Positions 20,451-30,614 of a stretch of DNA of 64,000 bases are shown here, in pieces; position 1 is the stretch's first letter, and each line of letters starts with the position of its first letter. Position numbers and translations under genes: made by a program. The DNA comes from Fibrobacteria bacterium. Lineage in GTDB: Bacteria; Fibrobacterota; Chitinivibrionia; Chitinivibrionales; FEN-1185. The stretch covers positions 96,001 through 160,000 of the forward strand of contig JBBIGR010000003.1 in NCBI GenBank assembly GCA_037447435.1, in the 5' to 3' direction. The notes below the pieces were generated by a model that worked only from the letters and a program-made list of their open reading frames with translations, was not told the DNA's origin and did not search any database.

Positions 20451-21098
20451 ATGAATAACCCTATTGCTTATCAATGTCCGTTATGCGGAGAAGCCAAGAT
20501 TGCCATAGAAGGTCAAAGGTATGCACTCGCTTTGGAATTTGCAGAGTGCCCCTCATGCGGGCTCGTATTTATTCCGCAGCGGTTTCACCTTTCCCCAGCG
20601 GAAGAAATGAAGCGATATGCCCTGCACGAAAATACGGCCGACAATCCATCGTATATCGAATATCTCACGAACATCGCTGACGATGCACTACGCTTTAGCA
20701 ATGGTGCTAAGTCAGCACTTGATTTTGGAAGCGGAGAAAACCAGGTGTTGACTGAAATACTTGCGGGTAAGGGTATCGCTTGCGAGGCTCATGACCCTGC
20801 GTATGGTTTTTCGGTAGCGCATGGGCAATTCGATATTGTTTTTGCCGTTGAAGTCCTTGAACATTTCCGTAACCCTGCACAGGAAATCGCTCTGATTTCC
20901 CGTTTGGTAAAACCGTCCGGTACGGTATACGTCCGGACCAGGTTTTGCGATGGGATAACGGATTTCTCTTCCTGGTGGTATGCCAAGGATCGGACCCATA
21001 TCCGTTTTTACGCGATAAAGACAATGCGCAGGATCGCGGCTATACTGGGCAAAAATCTGGTCTGGACAAACAATAAGGATGTCGCCGTTTTTACATGA
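20451..21098 (+). CDS. class I SAM methyltransferase with N-terminal zinc ribbon
   Basis: CPLC..CPSC, LDFGSG, EVLEHF, WWYAKDRTH. Confidence 0.85.
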   Translation: MNNPIAYQCPLCGEAKIAIEGQRYALALEFAECPSCGLVFIPQRFHLSPAEEMKRYALHENTADNPSYIEYLTNIADDALRFSNGAKSALDFGSGENQVLTEILAGKGIACEAHDPAYGFSVAHGQFDIVFAVEVLEHFRNPAQEIALISRLVKPSGTVYVRTRFCDGITDFSSWWYAKDRTHIRFYAIKTMRRIAAILGKNLVWTNNKDVAVFT

Positions 21099-22962
21099 CC
21101 GATTTGCATCGCGCAATGTCTTCGAGGCTTAAGGTTCTAAATATCCCGTTGGGCTGACGGGAAAGATACATTTTGAAATCCGCGGCAGCATCTTCCGGTT
21201 TGCCAAGTTTCAGCAATGTTTCTCCGCGCTTAAAATACGAAACGTCGTAAAACTTGCTCCTTGGATACAAAGTAATGATTTTTGTAAACAAGTCGACCGC
21301 TTTTTTACTGTCGCCGAGGTCCTGTGCCGTTATGCAGGCAAGATTGTACAACGATTTGTCGATGTCCGGGTCCTTGGGGAAAAGTGCAATATGCTTCCGA
21401 TATGTTTCGGCCGCGTTTTTGAACTTGTTATTGAAATATTGCACTTCGGCAAGCTTGCTGTAAGCGTTTTGTGCCCATAACGCATCAGGTTCCAGAATTA
21501 AAAATTCAACGAGTGCCATTTCCGCTCCTTCATAGTCGCCAAGGCAATTGGCGCGTATGTTGGAAAGTTCCCATAAAATTTGCGCTTTGCTTAGGGGTGA
21601 GTCTGTACTGGTAAGCCGGTTTTCGAGTTGCTCTTCGGCTTTGGCAAAGTCGCCGATTTTTTTATAGCATTCATTCACGCTTTGCATAATGCACATGCGA
21701 AGCCGAATGTCTATGATGCCGCTGTTGGAAAGCGAATCGAGTATGGAAAGAGCATGCTGGTATTCTCCAACGGAAATATTGACAAGCGCTTCGACATATT
21801 CGGGAATGAGTCTCAGCTCGTCCTCGCATTTTCGCGCTTTTAGAACAAGGTGCTTTACTGGATGTACCGGTTGCATTGCGGCATTTTGCGACAAGACCGC
21901 GTTCAATGAAATAAATCGATCGCCGGATACGACGAGCGGTTTTTCGAACGGAGCAAAACCGGGGTTGAAAATGACAACCGAGTATGTTCCGGGTTCTTTT
22001 TTAACGAAAAGCGGCGTGGTACCCACCATGGAGTTGTTTATCATGACTTTTGCACCCTGCGGTTCCGACGATATATCGACAACAGAGAATTGGCCCGTTG
22101 TTGCATTGGTGTCGTCGGTCAACATACTGATAACGGAAATATCTTTTAGAGGCATCGCATTTTCACTGATGTGTTGGATGGGTGTCGAACCGTTTTTGTC
22201 GACAAACTTTTTCTCACCTGTGGAAACCAGGAACGGTTCTGCTTTAAACCCGTTGGGCTGCATTGCGACTTTACCGTGAAAAACCGATAATACCGTATTG
22301 TCGGCCGCAGAGGCGTCGACACGAAAAACCGTACCGATGATATTTACAGTTGCGCATGTCGTGCGTATTTCGAATTTCTGCCGGGCGGAACGCTTTGTCA
22401 CATTTGCCAAAATCGAACCGGTGACGAGATTGCACAATTGGCAAAGCGGGGTAGAGGAAGAAATAAAAAAACGGGAATTTTCGTAAATTTTAACGATGCT
22501 GCCTTTGTCGAGGCATAGAATAGCGCTGGAATTCCCTTGTGTCGCTATGACCGTTCCCGTTTTTGCGATTTTACCCGAATAGTTCGGTACTCGGGGAGAT
22601 AGCGTGTCCCAATTTCCTTTGCCCGCCCATAAAACCGCGACCTTTCCTTGTACGCTTGCCAAAGATGCTATCGATTGGTTTGATTTTGAATTATTGTTTG
22701 CAAAAAAAATACCGAATCCGACCAAGGAAAGAACGAGCGCTGCCGCCAGGGAGCCCAGTAGAGCAAACCGCGGTTGAAATAAGGGGTTCTTGGTCAAAGA
22801 ATGTTTCTTTGATTGCGCTTTTTCATTGTCGAGAGTCAAAAACAAATCGTTTTCCAACCGCTGCCAATCGTGTTCCTGTTTTGCCGGTGCGGAAATTGTG
22901 GAAAGCAATGCGCGCAATTTTTTGCATTGTGGAGAATTTTCTTGCTTTGTAAATAAATCCAT
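21091..22962 (-). CDS. FecR-domain membrane protein with PEGA and TPR domains (putative anti-sigma factor)
   Basis: single TM helix, FEIRT..VNIIGTVFRV FecR, SEPQGAKV..GTTP PEGA, C-terminal TPRs; directly downstream of ECF sigma. Confidence 0.8.
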   Translation of the reverse strand: MDLFTKQENSPQCKKLRALLSTISAPAKQEHDWQRLENDLFLTLDNEKAQSKKHSLTKNPLFQPRFALLGSLAAALVLSLVGFGIFFANNNSKSNQSIASLASVQGKVAVLWAGKGNWDTLSPRVPNYSGKIAKTGTVIATQGNSSAILCLDKGSIVKIYENSRFFISSSTPLCQLCNLVTGSILANVTKRSARQKFEIRTTCATVNIIGTVFRVDASAADNTVLSVFHGKVAMQPNGFKAEPFLVSTGEKKFVDKNGSTPIQHISENAMPLKDISVISMLTDDTNATTGQFSVVDISSEPQGAKVMINNSMVGTTPLFVKKEPGTYSVVIFNPGFAPFEKPLVVSGDRFISLNAVLSQNAAMQPVHPVKHLVLKARKCEDELRLIPEYVEALVNISVGEYQHALSILDSLSNSGIIDIRLRMCIMQSVNECYKKIGDFAKAEEQLENRLTSTDSPLSKAQILWELSNIRANCLGDYEGAEMALVEFLILEPDALWAQNAYSKLAEVQYFNNKFKNAAETYRKHIALFPKDPDIDKSLYNLACITAQDLGDSKKAVDLFTKIITLYPRSKFYDVSYFKRGETLLKLGKPEDAAADFKMYLSRQPNGIFRTLSLEDIARCKSVM

Positions 22963-22965
22963 GGA

Positions 22966-23529
22966 CTATTGCTCCATATAATTTTTCAAATGTTTCTCCA
23001 AAATTTTCCTGCCGTGGAACAATCGCGACTTCACCGTACCAAGGGGAATATCGGCTATCGCGGCGATTTCTTCCAGGGATTTTCCATCCATTTCGTACAT
23101 CACGACCATCATTCTTTTCTCGGCATCCAATTTTTCGAGCGCCAGGTAAATGGCCTTTGCCAACTCTTTTTTTTCAATCTGCGCGCTTGGATTGTTTGCA
23201 TATACGTCCGCATGAATTTCGGTATGGTCGGTATCGAACACCAGCTGTATCTGACGTTTTCGGTATTTTTTCCGAAGTTGCGTTGTGCAGACTTTCACGC
23301 AAATTCTGTACACCCAGGTATCGAGAGACGCTTCTCCTTTGAAATTTTGCAAACTTTTAAATAGCTCAATAAACACTTGCTGAATAACATCATCGGTATC
23401 AAATTTAGGTCCTAGAGACTTATAAACAAGATTATGCACCTTATCTTTATAAAAATTAAAGAGTTGGCGCTGAGCCCGTCTATCGTTTTGTAAGCAAAGC
23501 GTAAGTAGGTCGCACATCGGATCAGGCAT
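22966..23529 (-). CDS. ECF RNA polymerase sigma factor
   Basis: DDVIQQVF, TWVYRI, SLEEIA..IPLGTVKSRLFHGR. Confidence 0.93.
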   Translation of the reverse strand: MPDPMCDLLTLCLQNDRRAQRQLFNFYKDKVHNLVYKSLGPKFDTDDVIQQVFIELFKSLQNFKGEASLDTWVYRICVKVCTTQLRKKYRKRQIQLVFDTDHTEIHADVYANNPSAQIEKKELAKAIYLALEKLDAEKRMMVVMYEMDGKSLEEIAAIADIPLGTVKSRLFHGRKILEKHLKNYMEQ

Positions 23530-23593
23530 CGGGCCCTCGTTTATAGTCTTTATTCAATGATATAGTCGTTCACTGTGTTCACGGGTTCAATAT

Positions 23594-24793
23594 TTATTTC
23601 ATTAATTGCCGTATGGCTTCTGCAACGATTTGGATACCGGTTTCGATTTTTTCCTCAGGTGTATGGGAAAATGCAAGCCTGAAGCAATTGTTGCGAACGC
23701 CTTCAGGATCAAAGGCGTTGCCGATAACAAAAGCTGCGCCTTTTTTAATCGATGCGGCAAAAACATCCGAAGAGTCTATGTGCTGCGGCAAAGTAACCCA
23801 AATGAAAAATCCACCCCGCGGGTTTGTCCAGGTTACGGTATCCGGCATGTACTTGTCCAATGCGGAAATCATGATGCCCGCCCTGCGTTTATAGGTCGGG
23901 CGAAGCATGTGAAGGTATGGAGCAAGTTTTCCTTGACGGAGGTATTCGTCGGCAAGGACCTGATTGAATGTCGACGAGCAGGCATCCATGGACTGTTTCG
24001 CAAGTTCGCATTTTTCAATAATTTCGTTCGGTGCACAGAGCCAGCCGAGTCTCATGCCCGGCCCGAAAATTTTCGCGAATGTTCCTACATAGCAAATAGG
24101 GGCGTCGACGGAAGCCGTTGTTTTCAGCGGAACAACGAGATCTTTATCGGTATCGTCAAAGTATAACTCGCTATACGGATCATCTTCGATGAGGCAAACG
24201 TCGGGATGTTTTGCCATAAGTTCGAGCACCTGTTTTTTACGCTGCAGACTATACATGGTGCCTGCGGGATTCTGAAAAACAGGGTTTAAATACACCATTT
24301 TCGGTTTAAGGAATTTATCGGATAACGCTGTGTCAAGCGCCTCGATGTCGATGCCGTCGTTGTCAAGATTGATTCCTTTTAATATGGCGCCGTATGATTT
24401 GAACGCAGCAAGCGCTCCGATGAAACTGGGAAACTCGGTGATGACCCGGTCCTGAGGGTCAAGAAGCACTTTGGAAACAAGACTCAATGCCTGTTGGGCG
24501 CCGGTGGTGATGATTAAACCGTTGTGCTGCACCGGAATGCCGCGGGATGCCAGATAAGCCTTGAGCGACTCCAGAAGCGGCGGATATCCGGATGTCGGAC
24601 CGTATTGGAAGGCGATTTGTTTTTTTGTCAATGACAACGAATTGTAAATATCGTCCGTTGCCTCTATGGGAAACAGCGAATTGTTCGGCATGCCCCCTGC
24701 AAAGGAAATGATGCTCGGGTCTGCGGCAAGCGCCATAAGACGACGGATTTCGGATGAACGCATGTTTTGTGCGCTTTGGGAGAATTGAATCAT
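23594..24793 (-). CDS. PLP-dependent class I aminotransferase (LysN-like)
   Basis: ISFAGGMP, FQNPAG, EDDPY, GTFAKIFGPGMRLGW. Confidence 0.9.
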   Translation of the reverse strand: MIQFSQSAQNMRSSEIRRLMALAADPSIISFAGGMPNNSLFPIEATDDIYNSLSLTKKQIAFQYGPTSGYPPLLESLKAYLASRGIPVQHNGLIITTGAQQALSLVSKVLLDPQDRVITEFPSFIGALAAFKSYGAILKGINLDNDGIDIEALDTALSDKFLKPKMVYLNPVFQNPAGTMYSLQRKKQVLELMAKHPDVCLIEDDPYSELYFDDTDKDLVVPLKTTASVDAPICYVGTFAKIFGPGMRLGWLCAPNEIIEKCELAKQSMDACSSTFNQVLADEYLRQGKLAPYLHMLRPTYKRRAGIMISALDKYMPDTVTWTNPRGGFFIWVTLPQHIDSSDVFAASIKKGAAFVIGNAFDPEGVRNNCFRLAFSHTPEEKIETGIQIVAEAIRQLMK

Positions 24794-24836
24794 GATATAT
24801 CACCCTTGTCGATTAATAATGTGAATAAGAAAATGT

Positions 24837-25295
24837 CTAATTGAAATCTCTGGTATGGGAGGAATATTTTTTTACCGCAAAGTCTGCGCACGACGGTCGA
24901 TTGCCGGCTTCGATGACTATAGTGGTATTTACATTACCCCTTGGGAAAAAATCACCGACAAGCAAAAGCCATTTCGGTTTAATGAGCATATGTACGGTCG
25001 TAAAAAGATGCTCGGAGACGGTTTCGTGAAAAGTGCCGATCATCCGGAACGAATTAAGATATAATTTCCAGGATTTGAGTTCAATGCATTTGCTCGTTGG
25101 CAAGTAATAAAGGTCGATTGAGGCAAAATCCGGATAACCGGTTTTCGGGCAAACGCAGGTGAATTCGGGAAAAATGATTTTTACAACGCTGTTTTTACCC
25201 GTTTTTGCGGCAATTGGGTTGGGAAATGTTTCAATTGCGGGCAAATATTTCTTTTTTAATGCATCGGGAAGTAGGGTCATTTCGTTTTTGAACAT
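24837..25295 (-). CDS. queF: NADPH-dependent preQ0 reductase (class I)
   Basis: EFTCVCPKTGYPDFA, ELKSWKLYLNSFR, FHE. Confidence 0.9.
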   Translation of the reverse strand: MFKNEMTLLPDALKKKYLPAIETFPNPIAAKTGKNSVVKIIFPEFTCVCPKTGYPDFASIDLYYLPTSKCIELKSWKLYLNSFRMIGTFHETVSEHLFTTVHMLIKPKWLLLVGDFFPRGNVNTTIVIEAGNRPSCADFAVKKYSSHTRDFN

Positions 25296-25366
25296 AGAGT
25301 ATTTTTAAACTCCGTCGAAGGTAAATAATAGGCCTATCACGTACGTAAATTACATTACTCCGGACT

Positions 25367-26776
25367 ATGGAAACAAACGGCAATTCAATCAAAAGAACGG
25401 TTTTGGCAGTCGCATCTGTCGGTTCCTTCTTCGTACCGTTTATGGGGGCTTCTTCGACTGTCGCCCTCCCCGCAATAGCAAAGCAGTTTTCCGCAAGCGG
25501 GTTAATGCTGAGCTGGATTGCGACGGCGTTTATTTTGGCGTCTGCAATGTTTTTATTGCCGTTTTCAAGGGCCGCGGATATTTATGGCCGGAAAAAAGTT
25601 TTTTCTTGGGGACTGACTCTTTTTACAATAGCAACGGTTATTTGCGGTTTATCGATTTCAATTCAAATGTTGATCGCGGCACGGTTTCTGCAGGGTGTTT
25701 CGGCTGCCATGATTTTTGGTACCGGAATGTCCTTGGTAACATCGGTTTTTCCGCCCGGCGAACGCGGAAAAGCCCTTGGCATTGTTTCCGCCTCAGTATA
25801 TACCGGGTTGTTTCTCGGTCCAAGTTTAGGCGGTTTTTTAACATCGACTCTGGGGTGGCAAAGCGTCTTTTTCCTTGCCGCAGCAATTTCCGCGATCCTT
25901 GTCGTATGCATCCGGTTTTTTCTCAAAGGCGAATGGACTCAGGGGAGCAAGGAAAAATTCGACGTCATCGGTTCCGTAATGTACAGTATCGCACTTGTTT
26001 GCCTCATGTATGGTTGCAGTGTTTTACCGAAATCTTTTGGATTTGTGGCAATAGTCGTCGGCGTTTTGGGTCTGACTTGTTTTTGGCTTTTTGAAACGAT
26101 GATAGCTTTCCCGATTTTCAACACGCGTTTGTTTGCTCAAAACCGGGTCTTTGCATTTTCAAACATAACCTCGCTGTTCAACTACAGTGCGACATTTGCA
26201 GTGACCTTTCTGATTAGTTTGTATTTACAATATATCAAAGGATTCGGCCCTACGCACGCGGGCATGGTCCTTCTTGCTTCGCCGCTTGTGCAGGCATTGT
26301 TTTCTCCTTTTGCCGGAAAAATGTCGGACAAATTTGAGCCGCGCATCATAGCGTCCGGCGGTATGGCGTTTTGTTGCATCGGATTGATTACGCTTATATT
26401 TTTAACCCCGCAATCCTCGGTTGTTTCAACGGTGTTGCGTCTTCTGCTCATTGGGGCCGGATTTGCTTTTTTTGCATCGCCCAATACCAATGCCGCAATG
26501 AGCTCTGTTGATAAAAAGGATTACGGCGTTGCGTCGGGAACCGTGGGCACGATGAGGATTTTCGGGCAAATGGTTTCCATGGTCATTATTACGACCGTGC
26601 TTGCGCTGCATATCGGGACCGCAAAGATATTGCCGCAAAATTATCCGCAATTTCTTGCGAGCATGAAAATGGCTTTTGCGATTTTTGCAACATTATGTTT
26701 TATCGGAATTTTCACGTCCCTCGCGCGTGGCAGGACGTTACCAGTTGGAGGCAAGACGTTGGAAGTTGGAAGTTAA
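25367..26776 (+). CDS. MFS drug:H+ antiporter (DHA2-like, 14 TM)
   Basis: RAADIYGRKK motif A, ARFLQG, GPSLGG. Confidence 0.9.
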   Translation: METNGNSIKRTVLAVASVGSFFVPFMGASSTVALPAIAKQFSASGLMLSWIATAFILASAMFLLPFSRAADIYGRKKVFSWGLTLFTIATVICGLSISIQMLIAARFLQGVSAAMIFGTGMSLVTSVFPPGERGKALGIVSASVYTGLFLGPSLGGFLTSTLGWQSVFFLAAAISAILVVCIRFFLKGEWTQGSKEKFDVIGSVMYSIALVCLMYGCSVLPKSFGFVAIVVGVLGLTCFWLFETMIAFPIFNTRLFAQNRVFAFSNITSLFNYSATFAVTFLISLYLQYIKGFGPTHAGMVLLASPLVQALFSPFAGKMSDKFEPRIIASGGMAFCCIGLITLIFLTPQSSVVSTVLRLLLIGAGFAFFASPNTNAAMSSVDKKDYGVASGTVGTMRIFGQMVSMVIITTVLALHIGTAKILPQNYPQFLASMKMAFAIFATLCFIGIFTSLARGRTLPVGGKTLEVGS

Positions 26777-26778
26777 AT

Positions 26779-27849
26779 ATGTCGCGTATCTTAATTGCAA
26801 TGAGCGGCGGAGTGGATTCATCGGTGGCGGCAGCCTTGCTTAAAGAGCAAGGGCACGATGTTTTGGGCGTTACCATGAAACTGTTGGACACAAAGCCGCA
26901 AGACGCCGCGTCATGCAAATCGTGCTGCGGTTACGACGCGAGCCGCGACGCCAAGCTTGTTGCGGATGAAATCGGCATTCCCCATTATACGGTGAATGCT
27001 GTTGACATTTTTAAAGAAACCGTCATCGATGATTTTATGTCCGAATATGCGTGCGGCAGGACGCCGAACCCGTGCGTCCGTTGCAATCAATTCGTCAAAT
27101 TCGATTACCTGATGAAAAAGGCCGATGAGCTTGATTGTGAATTTTTGGCTACCGGCCATTATGCCATACGCGAAGGGCAGTGGCTTTACAGGGGAAAAGA
27201 TCCTAAAAAAGATCAAGCCTATTTTTTATATGTTGTTTACGGGACCGCTTTTAACCGCGTATTGTTTCCCCTCGGTACGATGATTAAAGACGAAATACGC
27301 TCGATCGCTTCGAATTTGCACCTTATTACCGCACATAAACCCGAAAGTCAGGACATCTGTTTTGTTCCTGACGGCGATTATTCCGCATTGCTTTCTAAAG
27401 GAAAATCCGCGCCACCTGGCCCCATAATCGATACCGCGGGGAACGTGGTTGGACGGCATACCGGCATTCATTGCTATACCATAGGCCAACGAAAAGGCCT
27501 CGGTGCGTTCGGCACGCGAATGTTTGTCAAGGAAATCCGGGTGGATGAAAATGCTATTGTCGTCGGGACCGAAGAGGATTTGGCCACGAATTTCATTTCG
27601 GTTACCCGTATGGTCTGGGCGCCGCAGTATGAAATTCCTTTGCACAAACATCTTGAAGTGCAGGTACGCTATCGAAGCAGGCCGGTGAAGTGCAAAATCG
27701 TTCGTATCGATAAAACCAAAGCGGAAATCGAGTTTACGGAACCTGTGCGCGCCGTTGCTGCAGGTCAATCGGCTGTAATTTACGATGGCGAAATGGTGGT
27801 TGGTGGCGGGATCATCGAACGGGCCGGTAAAGAAGGCGAAAAGCCTTAG
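26779..27849 (+). CDS. mnmA: tRNA 2-thiouridylase
   Basis: AMSGGVDSS, GRTPNPCVRCN, ATGHY, KDQAYFL, ESQDICF, YTIGQRKGL. Confidence 0.96.
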   Translation: MSRILIAMSGGVDSSVAAALLKEQGHDVLGVTMKLLDTKPQDAASCKSCCGYDASRDAKLVADEIGIPHYTVNAVDIFKETVIDDFMSEYACGRTPNPCVRCNQFVKFDYLMKKADELDCEFLATGHYAIREGQWLYRGKDPKKDQAYFLYVVYGTAFNRVLFPLGTMIKDEIRSIASNLHLITAHKPESQDICFVPDGDYSALLSKGKSAPPGPIIDTAGNVVGRHTGIHCYTIGQRKGLGAFGTRMFVKEIRVDENAIVVGTEEDLATNFISVTRMVWAPQYEIPLHKHLEVQVRYRSRPVKCKIVRIDKTKAEIEFTEPVRAVAAGQSAVIYDGEMVVGGGIIERAGKEGEKP

Positions 27850-28829
27850 TAGGGCATTTGACCTTTTTGGGCTTCCGCAGCATCGAGTACGAATCCCAAT
27901 TGTTCCTGCAAATCATTGATTTCGCGCTGCCAGAACGGTTCCGAGCCCCAGTCGGGAAAATTCCGTTTGAAAACGAAATCGTTTTGCTGTTTGCCGCACC
28001 ATCCTAAAAAGTAAATCATTCTCATGGCACGCAGCGATTCTATGCAACGGATGCTTGATCTGTTAAATTCGCGGAACTGCTCGTATCCCTCGATGAACAA
28101 ATCCATTTCCAAAAACGATTTGTTCGCCCGGTCGGGCAGCAATAGCCACACATCTTGTATGGGTGGTCCCATGGCCATGTCGTCGAAATCGATAAGCAAC
28201 AGGCCTTCTTCCAGTCTGTCGAGGATATTTCCCCTATGACAATCGCCGTGAATACGGATGCATTCCAGGCCTTCGAAAAGCGAGGCGCTTGCGTCGATGA
28301 GCCTTTTTGCCATAGATGCAAACTGTTCGCTCATGCGCGGGGGAATGACCGATGAACAAAGATGGTCGACATCGTTTTGCGCGGATTGCCTGGGCCCTAT
28401 AACGATACGGTGCTCGGCTTTCCGTTTTGCCCCGCATATATGCATTCGCGCAATGAGTGAACCGAGCCGAATCCAATCGTCGTCGGTGTTTATTTCGAGC
28501 TGCCGTCCCGCACGTTTGGGGAACAGGGAAAACAAAATGCCGTTGTGTTCGGCTAAGGTCGATTTATCGGGAAACAACAAAGGGGCGACCACGGGAAGCT
28601 CGGCTTCCTGACAATCGAGCACGAAACGATGTTCGTCTTCGATTGCCTGGCGCGTCCATCGTCCGGGTCGGTAAAATTTCGCAATGAGCTTTGTTCCGTC
28701 TTTTGCACGCAACTCATAGACACGGTTAATGTAGCTTGGAAGCGCAACGGTCAGACCGGTCAGTTTAATGTCTGCTGCCGATTCCACTGTGTTAAGTATT
28801 GCGTCGGGGGTCAGTTGTTCAAAAGACAT
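27846..28829 (-). CDS. srkA: stress-response Ser/Thr kinase (SrkA/RdoA/YihE)
   Basis: SYINRVY, AKFYRPGRW, RIHGDCHRGN, IDFDD. Confidence 0.92.
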   Translation of the reverse strand: MSFEQLTPDAILNTVESAADIKLTGLTVALPSYINRVYELRAKDGTKLIAKFYRPGRWTRQAIEDEHRFVLDCQEAELPVVAPLLFPDKSTLAEHNGILFSLFPKRAGRQLEINTDDDWIRLGSLIARMHICGAKRKAEHRIVIGPRQSAQNDVDHLCSSVIPPRMSEQFASMAKRLIDASASLFEGLECIRIHGDCHRGNILDRLEEGLLLIDFDDMAMGPPIQDVWLLLPDRANKSFLEMDLFIEGYEQFREFNRSSIRCIESLRAMRMIYFLGWCGKQQNDFVFKRNFPDWGSEPFWQREINDLQEQLGFVLDAAEAQKGQMPY

Positions 28830-28965
28830 AATAAGCCCTTGTTTGAAAACCCGGACAAAAAAAATGCTGGAACAGTATATCGTATCAAAGGGACGATACA
28901 CTGTTCATAAAATCTAATCCGTTGCTTCCCCTTTCCGCTATCGCTTCGGGGGATAATTTTAGCTG

Positions 28966-29000
28966 AGATATTATCTACGCGTCTCGCGTAGATAATATCT
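28966..29000. repeat. perfect 16-bp inverted repeat hairpin
   Basis: AGATATTATCTACGCG-TCT-CGCGTAGATAATATCT directly after the rhlE stop. Confidence 0.85.
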
Positions 29001-29009
29001 ATCACTAAA

Positions 29010-30230
29010 TCAAGCGAAACGGGGCGTTCTGTAATACTGACGTTTGCGAAGGATTTGCGATCCCATTTTGACGACGACCGGTGCGGCTTCGACACGACCG
29101 GGTGTCGTAAAACCGGGGTATTGTTTCACTTCGAGGCGTTTCCCGATGAGACGTTCTATTTTGGTAACATAGCTTTGTTCGTCGCTCGACACAAAGGTGA
29201 GAGAAATGCCTTTCGCCTCTGCCCGGCCGGTACGCCCGATTCTATGGACGTAGTCTTCGGCAAACGCCGGCGTATCGTAATTGACAACGTGCGTTATTCC
29301 GTCCACGTCGATTCCGCGAGCCGCCAGATCGGTTGCCACAAGCACCTTGTACTGGCCCCTTTTGAAACCGTCAAGTGCATGCATACGCTGACTTTGGGAA
29401 CGGTTCGAATGAATCGTTGTCGACGCATAGCCGTTGCTTTGGAGTTTCCGCGAGATTTTGTCTGCGCCGTGTTTAGTCCGCGAGAATACGAGCATCGGCC
29501 CTGTTTCTTCATTCGAGAGAACATGGAGAAGCAGGCTCAGCTTCGACGGCTGCGGCACACAATAAAAATGCTGCGTTACCGTTTGCGCGGGTGTACTGGT
29601 TGTTCCCACGGTCACCACGGACGGATTGTTCTGGATGGCGGCAACCAAAGAACGGATTTCATGCGACATGGTCGCGGAAAACAGCATTGTTTGCCGTTTC
29701 TTGGGCACACAGGCTATGATCGCACGAACCGCTTTGATGAACCCCATATCGTACATTCTGTCCGCTTCATCGAGCACCAACGTTTCGACGCACGACAAAT
29801 TGACGCTGCGGCGTTCCAAATGGTCTAGCAGTCTCCCCGGGGTCGCTACAATGATGTCGACGCCGTTTTTAAGGCTCTTGAATTGCTTTTTAATATCGAC
29901 GCCGCCGTAAATCGAAACCGCCCTGAATTGCGTGAATTTGCCGTACGTGCAAATTGCATCTTCGATTTGCTGCGCCAGTTCGCGCGTCGGGGTCAAAATA
30001 AGCACTCGGGGCGCCCGATGCGTTTGGACGGGCGACGACTCTAATTTGTTAAGTATCGGCAAAACGAATGCCGCTGTTTTGCCGGTGCCTGTCGGCGCAC
30101 AACCGATGATGTCGTTACCCGAAAGTGCAAGCGGTATCGCTTTTTTCTGGATTTCGGTAGGTGAACTGTACCCTGATGCGGAAACGCCCTGCATGACTGA
30201 ATCGGAAAGTCCGATTGTAGAAAAACTCAT
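29010..30230 (-). CDS. rhlE: DEAD-box RNA helicase (RhlE-like)
   Basis: PTGTGKT, PTRELA, DEAD, SAT, HRIGRTGR. Confidence 0.9.
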   Translation of the reverse strand: MSFSTIGLSDSVMQGVSASGYSSPTEIQKKAIPLALSGNDIIGCAPTGTGKTAAFVLPILNKLESSPVQTHRAPRVLILTPTRELAQQIEDAICTYGKFTQFRAVSIYGGVDIKKQFKSLKNGVDIIVATPGRLLDHLERRSVNLSCVETLVLDEADRMYDMGFIKAVRAIIACVPKKRQTMLFSATMSHEIRSLVAAIQNNPSVVTVGTTSTPAQTVTQHFYCVPQPSKLSLLLHVLSNEETGPMLVFSRTKHGADKISRKLQSNGYASTTIHSNRSQSQRMHALDGFKRGQYKVLVATDLAARGIDVDGITHVVNYDTPAFAEDYVHRIGRTGRAEAKGISLTFVSSDEQSYVTKIERLIGKRLEVKQYPGFTTPGRVEAAPVVVKMGSQILRKRQYYRTPRFA

Positions 30231-30614
30231 AACATTCCTTTGTGGGGAAATAGATGTGTGACTCGCGATGTACGGATAAAAACAAGCAGGGGTAAGACAA
30301 GAAAGGAGAAGTCTCGAATAAACCTATGCCGAAAATCATCTGACTGCGGGTCTGGTTGCCGCTTGCTTTTGGTTTAAAACAAAGCGGAGTCTGCTTTTTG
30401 CAGAAACCATAATATAATTCTTTTTATATATAAAAGTTTAAATAATAATAAAACTTGCGTGTTTCATTTCACACCCCCCTAATACCTTGCATTTACCCAA
30501 CCTAATATCTATCTTAGTTGAGCGAGTGAGTTCGATGTAGCTTCCCGACTGCTTTGTATGCTCGCGTTCGTTTGATTCGCAGGCGAATACGGTTTAATCA
30601 AAGGGAGGTGCCGT

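Noticed and set aside
25296..25366. preQ1 riboswitch upstream of queF
   Set aside because: No matching motif in the short divergent intergenic region
30231..30420. Long 5' leader of rhlE as a riboswitch
   Set aside because: No recognisable aptamer; long leaders are common for DEAD-box helicase genes
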